Source of the DNA: an uncultured Candidatus Saccharibacteria bacterium
GTDB taxonomy: Bacteria; Patescibacteriota; UBA1384; XYA2-FULL-43-10; CAINNR01
DNA length: 59,919 nt
Direction: 5' to 3'
NCBI GenBank assembly: GCA_964425445.1
Contig: CAYRLY010000001.1
Coordinates: 71,537 to 131,455, forward strand
Position numbers and translations under genes: made by a program. How positions within the stretch are numbered: position 1 is the first letter of the stretch; every line of letters begins with the position of its first letter. This document shows, one piece after another, positions 31,882-39,828 of the stretch. Under the pieces are notes generated by a model. That model had not been told where the DNA came from and made no database searches. It saw only the letters and a program-made list of their open reading frames with translations.

Positions 31882-32616
31882 ATGTTTTCTACGCCAACTC
31901 TTAGCGAAATGCTCGCTGCTGGGGTTCATTTTGGTCACAAGAGAGCCAGATGGAATCCAAAAATGGAAAATTTTATTTTTACCACCAAAAATGGTGTTTC
32001 AGTAATCAATTTGGAGAAAACCAAAGAGATGCTGGAGAAGTCTTTGGAATTTTTATCCAAAGAAGTTTCTGAAGGCAAAAAGGTGATTTTTGTTACTAGC
32101 AAAAGACAGGCGAGAGAGATTGTCAAAGAAGCGGCAATTTCTTGCGGCATGCCCTATGTTGTTGAAAAATGGCGTGGTGGCACAATCACCAATTTTTCAA
32201 TTATCTCTGAAAACTTTAAAACTTTGAAAAAGTTAAAAGATCAGATCTCTTCACCGGAATTTTCTAAGCTATCGAATATTGAACAAAATCAAGTCAAAGA
32301 GAAAGCGGAAAAAATTGAAAGATTTTTCGGTGGTATTTCAGAATTAAAAAAGAAGCCTGATATTTTATTTCTGATCGGATCACATGATGAAAAAATTGCT
32401 CTAAAAGAAGCAAAATCAGAAAATATTCCCACGGTTGCTCTTGTCGATACAAATGCAAATCCAGAGGAAGTTGATTGGCCGATACCATCAAATGATGATG
32501 CGACCAAAGCAATAAAATTAATGGTTGAAACGATAGCAAAGACAATAGCTGAAAGCAAAAAGACTGAAGCGGAAAACACTGTTGCTGCCGAATCGGATAA
32601 AAAGAATAAAGAATAA
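31882..32616 (+). CDS. rpsB: Ribosomal protein S2
   Basis: LLAAGVHFGHKRARWNPKM is canonical S2. AAGGAG lies upstream. Confidence 0.94.
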   Translation: MFSTPTLSEMLAAGVHFGHKRARWNPKMENFIFTTKNGVSVINLEKTKEMLEKSLEFLSKEVSEGKKVIFVTSKRQAREIVKEAAISCGMPYVVEKWRGGTITNFSIISENFKTLKKLKDQISSPEFSKLSNIEQNQVKEKAEKIERFFGGISELKKKPDILFLIGSHDEKIALKEAKSENIPTVALVDTNANPEEVDWPIPSNDDATKAIKLMVETIAKTIAESKKTEAENTVAAESDKKNKE

Positions 32617-32637
32617 GTTAAATTTTTTGGAGGTAAT

Positions 32638-33228
32638 ATGAATATTACAGCAAAAGATATTGCATCAATTCGAACAAAAACTGGGTTGCCAATGATGGAA
32701 ATCAAATCTGCCCTGATTGAGGCCGGTGGCAATGAAGAGCGTGCACGGGAAATTCTTCGCAAGAAAGGATTTTCGAAATCGGAGAAAAGAGCCAATAAAG
32801 AAACTAAATTCGGTGTTGTTGATTCCTATGTCCATGCCGGAAGAATTGGAGTTTTAGTTGAAGTTCTTTGTGAAACTGATTTTGTGGCGAAAAACGAAGA
32901 TTTTAAAAATTTCGCTCACGAAATATCCCTACAAGTTGCCGCCACTGCCCCTTCGTATGTAAGCGAAGATAACATTCCGACTGAAATAGTGGAAAAAGAA
33001 AGGAAGCTTTTCACCGAAGAGGCAAAAAATTCAAGCAAGCCGGACAATGTCATTGAAAAAATTGTTCAAGGGAAATTAGAAACATATTATTCTGAAATTT
33101 CTCTGCTTTCTCAGCCTTACTTTCGAGATCCGAAAAAAACTGTTTCCGATCTGTTAAATGAAATTATTGCCAAGACCGGCGAAAAGATTATCGTATCAAG
33201 ATTTGCGCGCATAGAACTCTCTTGTTAA
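32638..33228 (+). CDS. tsf: Elongation factor Ts (short form)
   Basis: 196 aa with the UBA-like N-terminus (IRTKTGLPMMEIKSALIEAGGNEERAREILRKKG) and VEVLCETDFVAKNEDF. Confidence 0.9.
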   Translation: MNITAKDIASIRTKTGLPMMEIKSALIEAGGNEERAREILRKKGFSKSEKRANKETKFGVVDSYVHAGRIGVLVEVLCETDFVAKNEDFKNFAHEISLQVAATAPSYVSEDNIPTEIVEKERKLFTEEAKNSSKPDNVIEKIVQGKLETYYSEISLLSQPYFRDPKKTVSDLLNEIIAKTGEKIIVSRFARIELSC

Positions 33229-33249
33229 AATAATTAAAAAGGAGAGAAA

Positions 33250-33810
33250 ATGATTGCGAGTGAAATTATCAAAAGCATCGGGTCGAAAATGGATTCGGTT
33301 ATTTCGCTACTCGATTCTGACTTGAAAAATATCCGCACAGGCAGGGCAAATTCCGCTTTGGTTGAAGATATTGTAGTTAATTATTTCGGTGTTGAAACAC
33401 CACTAAAGCAGTTAGCTTCGATCACAATTCCTGAAGCGACTCAAATTGTTGTTTCCCCTTGGGACAAACAATCTTTGGGTGATATCGAAATAGCTTTAAA
33501 AAATTCCGAGTTGAATTTGTCGGTTACTAATGATGGAAAATCTGTTCGTGTTAGTTTGCCGCCAATGACTGGCGAAAGAAGAGAGGAGCTTTCAAAAATT
33601 GTCAAAAAACATGGTGAAGATTCCAGAGTAGCAATTCGCAACATTCGTGGTGAGGCCTGGGAGCAGATTCAAAATGGATTTAAAAAGGGAGAGATTACGG
33701 AAGATGACAAATATAAAGGCGAGAAAGATCTAAATGATTTGATCGATCAAAAGAATAAGGAGATTGAGATCAGGGTTGAGTCTAAGATTAGTGAACTATC
33801 TAAAATCTAA
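33250..33810 (+). CDS. frr: Ribosome recycling factor
   Basis: 186 aa with LKNIRTGRANSALVEDI..., LPPMTGERREEL and IRNIRGEA. Confidence 0.92.
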   Translation: MIASEIIKSIGSKMDSVISLLDSDLKNIRTGRANSALVEDIVVNYFGVETPLKQLASITIPEATQIVVSPWDKQSLGDIEIALKNSELNLSVTNDGKSVRVSLPPMTGERREELSKIVKKHGEDSRVAIRNIRGEAWEQIQNGFKKGEITEDDKYKGEKDLNDLIDQKNKEIEIRVESKISELSKI

Positions 33811-33816
33811 TTTTTT

Positions 33817-34902
33817 ATGTTTTTAACAGTTATATTATTTATCTTCATACTTGGAGTTTTGATCTATGTTCATGAACTAGGACATTTTGTTGCGGCAAAA
33901 ATCAGCGACATTAAAGTAGAAGAGTTTGCTTTTGGTTTCCCCCCAAAAATTTGGGGTAAAAAATTGGGCGAGACTGAATATCGGATAAATGCTATTCCAA
34001 TTGGTGGTTATGTCAAAATGCTTGGTGAATCTGAGTCAAGCAACAGTAGCAGATCATATTCTCGTAAGGGCCCCTTTTCCAGGGCAATGGTATCAGTTTC
34101 TGGTGTAATAATGAACTTTATTTTGGCTTGGTTAATTTTAACCGTTGGTTTTTCTGTTGGTATGACATCACTTACTTCATCGCCTGATTCGATACCAGGA
34201 GAAAAGGTAAAAGCGTCAATTGTTGCTGCGTCGGTAATTGAAAATTCTCCAGCGAATACCGCGGGGATTGTTCCCGGGGATATTTTGCAAAAAGGAATTT
34301 ACAACGGGCAAGAGATGGCTTTTAATTCCACCGATGATCTTTCAAACTTTACTCATGCCAACAGAGGTAGAGAAGTGGATATTGTATTTAGGCACAATGA
34401 AGAACAGAAACTAACAAATATTTCTCTTGCGGGAGAAGGTAATTCACCTTTGGGAGTCGAAATTATTGACAATTCGTCAGTCAAGGTCAAATGGTATATG
34501 GCGCCGATCGTTGCTTTCCGCGAGATCATTAGAGTGATTGAAGTTTATGTTACTTTTCTTGTGACTTTTTTCCAGCAGCTTTTTAGTCAAGGTGAAATTT
34601 CCAAAGAAGTTGGCGGACCGGTGGCAATATATATGCTTACCGGAATGGCGGCAAAAGCCGGAGTGATGGTCGTTGCACAATTAATTGCGATTCTTTCCAT
34701 TAGTTTAGCGATAATAAATATCTTGCCCTTCCCTGCTCTTGATGGTGGAAGATTATTGTTTATTGTTCTAGAAAAAATATTTCGGCGCAAAGTTGTCAGG
34801 GAAAACGTAGAAAATATTATACACATGGTTGGCTTTGCACTAATTATTCTATTTGCAATTGCAGTTACCTACAAAGATGTTATGCAATTTATAATTAAAT
34901 AA
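33817..34902 (+). CDS. rseP: Site-2 protease (M50, RseP-like) with PDZ
   Basis: HELGHF zinc motif at the N-terminus, a central PDZ-like segment, and C-terminal LNILPFPALDGG. Confidence 0.82.
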   Translation: MFLTVILFIFILGVLIYVHELGHFVAAKISDIKVEEFAFGFPPKIWGKKLGETEYRINAIPIGGYVKMLGESESSNSSRSYSRKGPFSRAMVSVSGVIMNFILAWLILTVGFSVGMTSLTSSPDSIPGEKVKASIVAASVIENSPANTAGIVPGDILQKGIYNGQEMAFNSTDDLSNFTHANRGREVDIVFRHNEEQKLTNISLAGEGNSPLGVEIIDNSSVKVKWYMAPIVAFREIIRVIEVYVTFLVTFFQQLFSQGEISKEVGGPVAIYMLTGMAAKAGVMVVAQLIAILSISLAIINILPFPALDGGRLLFIVLEKIFRRKVVRENVENIIHMVGFALIILFAIAVTYKDVMQFIIK

Positions 34903-34907
34903 TAATT

Positions 34908-36134
34908 ATGAAAGCAACAAAATTATTTTTTAAAACTCGTAAAGAATCGCCAAAAGATGCGGATTCGATAAATGCTAATTTTCTGGTTCGTGGTGGTTAT
35001 ATTCAAAAACATATGTCGGGAGTTTATGGTTTGTTGCCACTTGGGCTAAATGTTTATCGAAAAATTGAAAATATTATCCGTGAAGAAATGGACTCAATTG
35101 ATGGTCAGGAGATATTAATGAATGTTTTGCAACCCCGGGAACTTTGGGATGAAACCGGTAGATTTTCAGAAATATCTGAAATAATGTATCAATTTAAGGA
35201 CAAAAGAGGTAAGGATATTGGTTTGGCTCCAACTCATGAAGAACAGGTGACCGATATCATAAGACATCATATAAAGTCATACAAGGATTTGCCAACCTCT
35301 CTTTATCAAATTCAAGTCAAATTCCGAAATGAACCACGGGCAAAATCAGGACTTTTGCGTGGGCGGGAATTTATGATGAAGGATATGTATAGTTTTCATG
35401 CCGATGAGAAAGATTTTGAAAGCTATTATAAAAGAGTTGGAGAAAAATACTTAGAAATATTCTCAAAAATTGGATTAAAAGCGAAATATGTTGCTGCTGA
35501 CGGCGGAATTTTCTCGAAATATTCTCATGAGTTTCAAGTAATCAGTCCTACCGGCGAAGACACAATTTATTATTGCAATAAATGTGATTTTGCTGAAAAT
35601 AAAGAAATTTCTAAGGTTAAAAATGGTGATAAATGCCCAGAATGCTCCGGAGAAATCGTTGAAGCGAAATCGATTGAAGTTGGTAATATTTTCCCGCTCA
35701 AGAACAAGTTTTCTTCAGCTATGGGAGCAAAGTTTGTTGATAAAGATGGAAGTGAAAAAGATTTGCTTATGGGCTGCTACGGTATTGGTTTGACCCGAGC
35801 TTTGGCGGCAATTATTGAAGTCTATTTTGACCAAGAAAAAAATATGATGATTTGGCCAGAACCGGTCGCTCCCTACAATGCCGAAATTATCTCTTTGAGT
35901 AAAGATAAAGAAGCCGAAGAATTATACAAAAGAATCGAAGATAAAACCGAGGTTCTTTATGATGACCGAGATATCTCTGCTGGTGAAAAATTTGCCGATG
36001 CCGATTTGATTGGGGCGCCTAAAAGAGTTATCGTTTCAGAGAAATCGACAAAATCAGGTGGGGTTGAATTAGTTGATCTAAAAACGGGTGAGAATCAGAT
36101 AGTCGAAATTGAAAAAATTGCTACGGTTCTATAA
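34908..36134 (+). CDS. proS: Prolyl-tRNA synthetase, short form lacking the INS editing domain, with a CxxC...CxxC insert
   Basis: 408 aa with class II motifs (FRNEPRAKSGLLRGREFMMKDMYSF; GCYGIGLTR) and the insert YYCNKCDF...KCPECSG. Confidence 0.87.
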   Translation: MKATKLFFKTRKESPKDADSINANFLVRGGYIQKHMSGVYGLLPLGLNVYRKIENIIREEMDSIDGQEILMNVLQPRELWDETGRFSEISEIMYQFKDKRGKDIGLAPTHEEQVTDIIRHHIKSYKDLPTSLYQIQVKFRNEPRAKSGLLRGREFMMKDMYSFHADEKDFESYYKRVGEKYLEIFSKIGLKAKYVAADGGIFSKYSHEFQVISPTGEDTIYYCNKCDFAENKEISKVKNGDKCPECSGEIVEAKSIEVGNIFPLKNKFSSAMGAKFVDKDGSEKDLLMGCYGIGLTRALAAIIEVYFDQEKNMMIWPEPVAPYNAEIISLSKDKEAEELYKRIEDKTEVLYDDRDISAGEKFADADLIGAPKRVIVSEKSTKSGGVELVDLKTGENQIVEIEKIATVL

Positions 36135-36445
36135 ATATCTAAAATGAAAAAGCCACCCATGGCGGGTGGCGGTGGTCTATCACTCTTCGTGAAGTTTGAG
36201 TAATTTTTGTATTCTAGCCAGCCGGAATTTACTGTTTGGTCGTTTGTTTCTGTTTCCTGTTCGCTTTCAGCTGATATTTGTTCTTCATCAGTTTCGATTG
36301 ATTCATCATTTTCTGCACTAATTTTTTCTTGCTCTTTGAGTTCTTTATTGTGTTTCCAAAAGCGATAACCGTCGTAACTTCCGCTAGCTAGTATTAACGT
36401 GCCAAGAATCACTAAAACGATAATTAAAATTGTTTTCTTCGACAT
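36095..36445 (-). CDS. Hypothetical small membrane-anchored acidic protein (3' end uncertain)
   Basis: MSKKTILIIVLVILGTLILA... is a signal anchor followed by an E/D-rich region. The ORF reads through the proS hairpin and 40 nt of proS, so the true C-terminus is doubtful. Confidence 0.4.
   Translation of the reverse strand: MSKKTILIIVLVILGTLILASGSYDGYRFWKHNKELKEQEKISAENDESIETDEEQISAESEQETETNDQTVNSGWLEYKNYSNFTKSDRPPPPAMGGFFILDIYRTVAIFSISTI
36152..36170 (+). terminator. Hairpin just after the proS stop
   Basis: GCCACCC-ATGGC-GGGTGGC, preceded by an A-run. Confidence 0.45.
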
Positions 36446-36530
36446 CTTCCCTCCAAAATTATAATTAATTAACTTAATTATAAATCAATTATTAGTTATA
36501 ATGAAATTACTAATTTAAATTAGGAGGCCG

Positions 36531-36902
36531 GTGACTAAAAAACTTGAGATTTACAAATGTGAAGTTTGTGGCAATATTGTCGAATTGGTTCATGCAGGTC
36601 AAGGTGAATTGGTTTGTTGCGGTCAGCCGATGGTTAGGCAGAATGAAAAAACTGATGAAGAAAATTTGACTGAAAAACACCGACCGATAATTGAATCGGG
36701 TGAGAATACGAAGGTCAAAATCGGATCAGTTTCTCATCCGATGGAAGAGGGGCACTATATTGAATGGGTTGAGGTAATTTTTGGCAAGAACGTTTGTCGC
36801 CATAATTTTTCACCCGGCGATAAAGCCGAGAGTGTCTTTTGTTCTAAAAAACCTGATTACGCTAGAGTCTATTGTAACATTCACGGCCTTTGGAAAAGTT
36901 AG
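36531..36902 (+). CDS. dfx: Desulfoferrodoxin (2Fe superoxide reductase)
   Basis: N-terminal desulforedoxin motif CEVCGNIVE...CCGQPM, SOR centre ligands (H...H...C..H: HPMEEGHYIEW, CNIHGLW). GTG start after AGGAGG. Confidence 0.85.
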   Translation: MTKKLEIYKCEVCGNIVELVHAGQGELVCCGQPMVRQNEKTDEENLTEKHRPIIESGENTKVKIGSVSHPMEEGHYIEWVEVIFGKNVCRHNFSPGDKAESVFCSKKPDYARVYCNIHGLWKS

Positions 36903-37024
36903 TATTTTTTGTAAAACATTAATCTTTTTTATTAGCACTTTTTAATTTCTGTGAAGGTTGAAAAATTTGGATAATTGGTCAATAATAAAATTAGAAGTTT
37001 TTTAAGCAAAAAATAGGAGTGCAT

Positions 37025-38950
37025 ATGCCAGTTGAAGGTGGTCCGGGGCCAGAATTTATGGGTAAGTATGAATTACACAAAACTCCAGAAGTTGAGCACT
37101 CGGTGTCTAGACTTCGAAGTCATGGGAAGAAAGTCGAAGAAACCAAGTCTGGTCGTGTCGGTGCTCATTTTGGATTGATAGAAAAAGCCCTACGGATTGA
37201 TCGCAAGCATTTTGTCGGTGATGTAAAATCTGATTTGACCCAAGAATTTACCATTAATTTACAAAAAGAAGACGGCTCCGAGGACGACGAAAAAATTAAT
37301 CAATTAGTTCAAGGTCTATTTGAATCGGAAAAAGAAATTCTTCGTCAGCGAGGTATGGGTGCTGAGCTTGAGGAGTATGGTGATGTTCCAAAGCCGGAAG
37401 ATTTTGAAAAATACAAACAACAAATTCGCGATAAAAAAGTCGAACAGGAAAAAACTCTTGGCGTATGGGTTGATTACTTGGGAGATGAAGAGGCTGACTA
37501 CTATCCTGTTTGGTTTAAATATTTAGCCCTTAGAAGTTTGCAGAAAATGGGCAAACGGGACCGCGATACTGGTGACTATTCCAAACGATCAGCAAATACT
37601 TTGCAGCCGTTTCCCGATTTGTCCCGTGAAGCGCTTGCCAGAACTTTGGATGCCATTAAAGCGATGCAAGACAAAAACACTCTTCTTGATTTCGAAAAGA
37701 TTAACGATTACTCGGATGATGAACTTCATGCAGTGGCAGAACTTGACAAAGCTGCTGTAAAAGGTGATTTTGCTAAACTTTATGCCCATTTTCAAAATGA
37801 GATTGAAAAAGAGCGTCGCGAGCGCGGTGAAAATACTGCCGGTGAGTGGAGACATTTTGCTCAAGGAAGCGATCCGAATATTTTAGTTTCAACACTTGCG
37901 GGGAAGGGGACGGAATGGTGTACTGCCGGTTTGGATGTCGCCAGTAATCAATTACAGCGAGGTGAGTTTTGGATCTACTACACTTATGACCAAGACAAAA
38001 ACCCGACTGACCCCAGGGTAGCAGTTTTCCTTATCGGTGGTCAGATTTCGGAAGTTAGAGGTGTATATGGCAAGGATCAGGATTTGGAATTGGATTTTGT
38101 CGATATAGCTAGAGAAAAATACAGCGAATTTCCCGGAAGTGAAAAATATGAGAAAAAAGATCGCGATATGAAACAGCTGACTTTAATTGATCGCAAATCT
38201 AAAGCTGACGAAGAATTATCAAAAGACGACTTAATTTTTCTTTATGAAATTAACTCAAAAATCGAAGGTTTTGGTCACGGTGCTGACCCGAGGGTAGTCG
38301 ATATTTTAAAAACACGCGATCCTAAAGCCGATGCGCCGTTGGCGTTGGATTGCCGACCGGAAGAAATAGCTTGGAGCGCCGACCAAATACAAGAAGAAAC
38401 CAAATCATACATCGGTCCTCTATTTCCCGGTATTTTTAAGCTACAAAATCTTGAAAATATCTACACCTCTTTTCCCGAAGGTAAAATTCGAAAAAGCGAT
38501 TTGGAGATTGGCGGAAAAACCAAGGAAGAGCTGGTGCAGGAGCTAAAAAACAAAAACCAATGGGCGCTGGACATGATTAGTAGTCCAGACTTTACACCAC
38601 TGGAAGGTCCAGAACAAATTACAACTATTCGATTGAGAGTTCGAGATCTCGGTTTTCCAAATGGCGCTACTACCGATCAAATTTACGCCAAAGCAGAAGA
38701 ATTTGGGCTTGAACTCTGTCCAGCTGAAGTCGGTCCGCATCAAAGATTAAAAGATCAAGAGCAACCTCTGGGAGACTGGTACAGAATCGCTATGAAGCAA
38801 ATTGCGGACCGGGACTTCATTCCTTGCGTCTTCAGTCTGCGTCACGATGAACGTGGTCTGGGGCTGTACTACAGCAATGCCGAGCCGGCGGACGAGTGGG
38901 GTCCGAACGGCGGGTTTGTGTTCCGTCTTCGTCAAGTTTCTGAATCTTAA
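37025..38950 (+). CDS. DGR target protein (641 aa) with a C-terminal variable region
   Basis: ATG 37025 lies 6 nt after AGGAG. No signal peptide or TM segment is visible. The C-terminal ~45 aa (IADRDFIPCVFSLRHDERGLGLYYSNAEPADEWGPNGGFVFRLRQV) are encoded by the VR. Confidence 0.85.
   Translation: MPVEGGPGPEFMGKYELHKTPEVEHSVSRLRSHGKKVEETKSGRVGAHFGLIEKALRIDRKHFVGDVKSDLTQEFTINLQKEDGSEDDEKINQLVQGLFESEKEILRQRGMGAELEEYGDVPKPEDFEKYKQQIRDKKVEQEKTLGVWVDYLGDEEADYYPVWFKYLALRSLQKMGKRDRDTGDYSKRSANTLQPFPDLSREALARTLDAIKAMQDKNTLLDFEKINDYSDDELHAVAELDKAAVKGDFAKLYAHFQNEIEKERRERGENTAGEWRHFAQGSDPNILVSTLAGKGTEWCTAGLDVASNQLQRGEFWIYYTYDQDKNPTDPRVAVFLIGGQISEVRGVYGKDQDLELDFVDIAREKYSEFPGSEKYEKKDRDMKQLTLIDRKSKADEELSKDDLIFLYEINSKIEGFGHGADPRVVDILKTRDPKADAPLALDCRPEEIAWSADQIQEETKSYIGPLFPGIFKLQNLENIYTSFPEGKIRKSDLEIGGKTKEELVQELKNKNQWALDMISSPDFTPLEGPEQITTIRLRVRDLGFPNGATTDQIYAKAEEFGLELCPAEVGPHQRLKDQEQPLGDWYRIAMKQIADRDFIPCVFSLRHDERGLGLYYSNAEPADEWGPNGGFVFRLRQVSES
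38802..38937 (+). repeat. DGR variable region (VR)
   Basis: Ungapped alignment to 39261-39390 at an offset of 459. By hand count there are 24 mismatches, 22 opposite TR adenines. Confidence 0.9.
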
Positions 38951-39260
38951 ATTTTTAATTACTTTTCCCCTTTTGAACCTTTGATTTTTTGAAACTTTGG
39001 AATTTTGCTACAATAAAAACAGATTGATTGAATCGCCCGGTTAGCCTTCGACCTGCTCAGGCCAGGCGGCCTGGTGAAATCTCTCTGGCAAATATAAATT
39101 GAGAGCACAAATGGTTACGACTGTTTATGGAGTGGTTTGTATCTTGTCCAAAAAAAGAGAAACTTGGTCTTTTGCGCTCGGGGATTTACGATCCCGAATA
39201 AGATACAGCCGGACGATTTTTTTGATCTCGTCGGCAGTGGCGCGGATGGCGTAAAAGACG

Positions 39261-39396
39261 TTTGCGAACCAGAACTTCATTCCTTGCGTCTTCAATCTGA
39301 ATCACGATGACAATGGTCTGTGGCTGAACAACAACAATGCCAAGCCGACGAACAAGTGGAATCCGAACAACGAGTTAATGTTCCGTCTTCGCAAGT
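39261..39396 (+). repeat. DGR template repeat (TR)
   Basis: Non-coding copy with a stop (TAA 39251-53) just upstream in the VR-equivalent frame. It is rich in AAC/AAT codons: FANQNFIPCVFNLNHDDNGLWLNNNNAKPTNKWNPNNELMFRLRKF. Confidence 0.9.
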
Positions 39397-39435
39397 TCTT
39401 CTTTTCCGTACCTCAGCGAGCTCGGTATAAACTAG

Positions 39436-39828
39436 CTACAAGGTGCGGTTTTTCTTTTGCAGATTTGTTAAACTTTTCTTCCAACCTCCAAGCATTTTCC
39501 CGGCTTCTTCGAGTTTAGCTGCCAATTCTTCGAAATGCTTGTTTGATATCAGCTGGCCTTCCCATGCAACAGAAATCAAATATTTTAATTTGTCTAACAC
39601 GAAAATACATTTACCGATATTTTCGTTTTTGCTCTCTTTGGCGCTAAAATATGTAGTGTAGGATAGTTCAATTAAATCAAGAAATCGGTCATCGATTCGC
39701 TGGCCGATTGTAAAACGGCAGGGCTTAGCAATATGAGGAACAACCGACAGCCAATACAAATACCCCTCTTTGATTTTAACCAAAATCGAGGGGTTGTCTC
39801 GAGAGAGAGAGTAAAATGGCTTCACCAT
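39436..39828 (-). CDS. avd: Avd-like accessory variability determinant (four-helix-bundle protein)
   Basis: About 130 aa, helical, with ...PHIAKPCRFTIGQRIDDRFLDLIELSY..., ...EEAGKMLGGWKKSL and a basic tail, as in DGR Avd / 23S-IVS four-helix-bundle proteins. The start is ambiguous (39867, 39828 or TTG 39783). Confidence 0.8.
   Translation of the reverse strand: MVKPFYSLSRDNPSILVKIKEGYLYWLSVVPHIAKPCRFTIGQRIDDRFLDLIELSYTTYFSAKESKNENIGKCIFVLDKLKYLISVAWEGQLISNKHFEELAAKLEEAGKMLGGWKKSLTNLQKKNRTL

Noticed and set aside
33229-33249. Missing expected neighbours (pyrH between tsf and frr; clpX after clpP; tig separated from clpP by an MFS gene) as signs of rearrangement or deletion
   Set aside because: The junctions are clean and short, with no gene remnants. 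Such reduced or shuffled operons are common in small genomes, so this is not evidence of anything unusual on its own.
38802-38984. Track ORF 38802-38984(+) crossing the VR in an alternative frame
   Set aside because: It is nested in the 3' end of the DGR target gene, has a TTG start and no SD. It is a by-product of the GC-rich VR.
39099-39299. Open frame of about 62-66 codons between VR and TR (MVTTVYGVVCILSKKRETW...), running into the TR in a non-VR frame
   Set aside because: It has no SD and a very basic, low-complexity product. Its 3' part simply mirrors the alternative-frame ORF seen over the VR. It is not in the supplied ORF track, so my hand indexing may also be off. It is more likely part of the untranslated DGR RNA leader.
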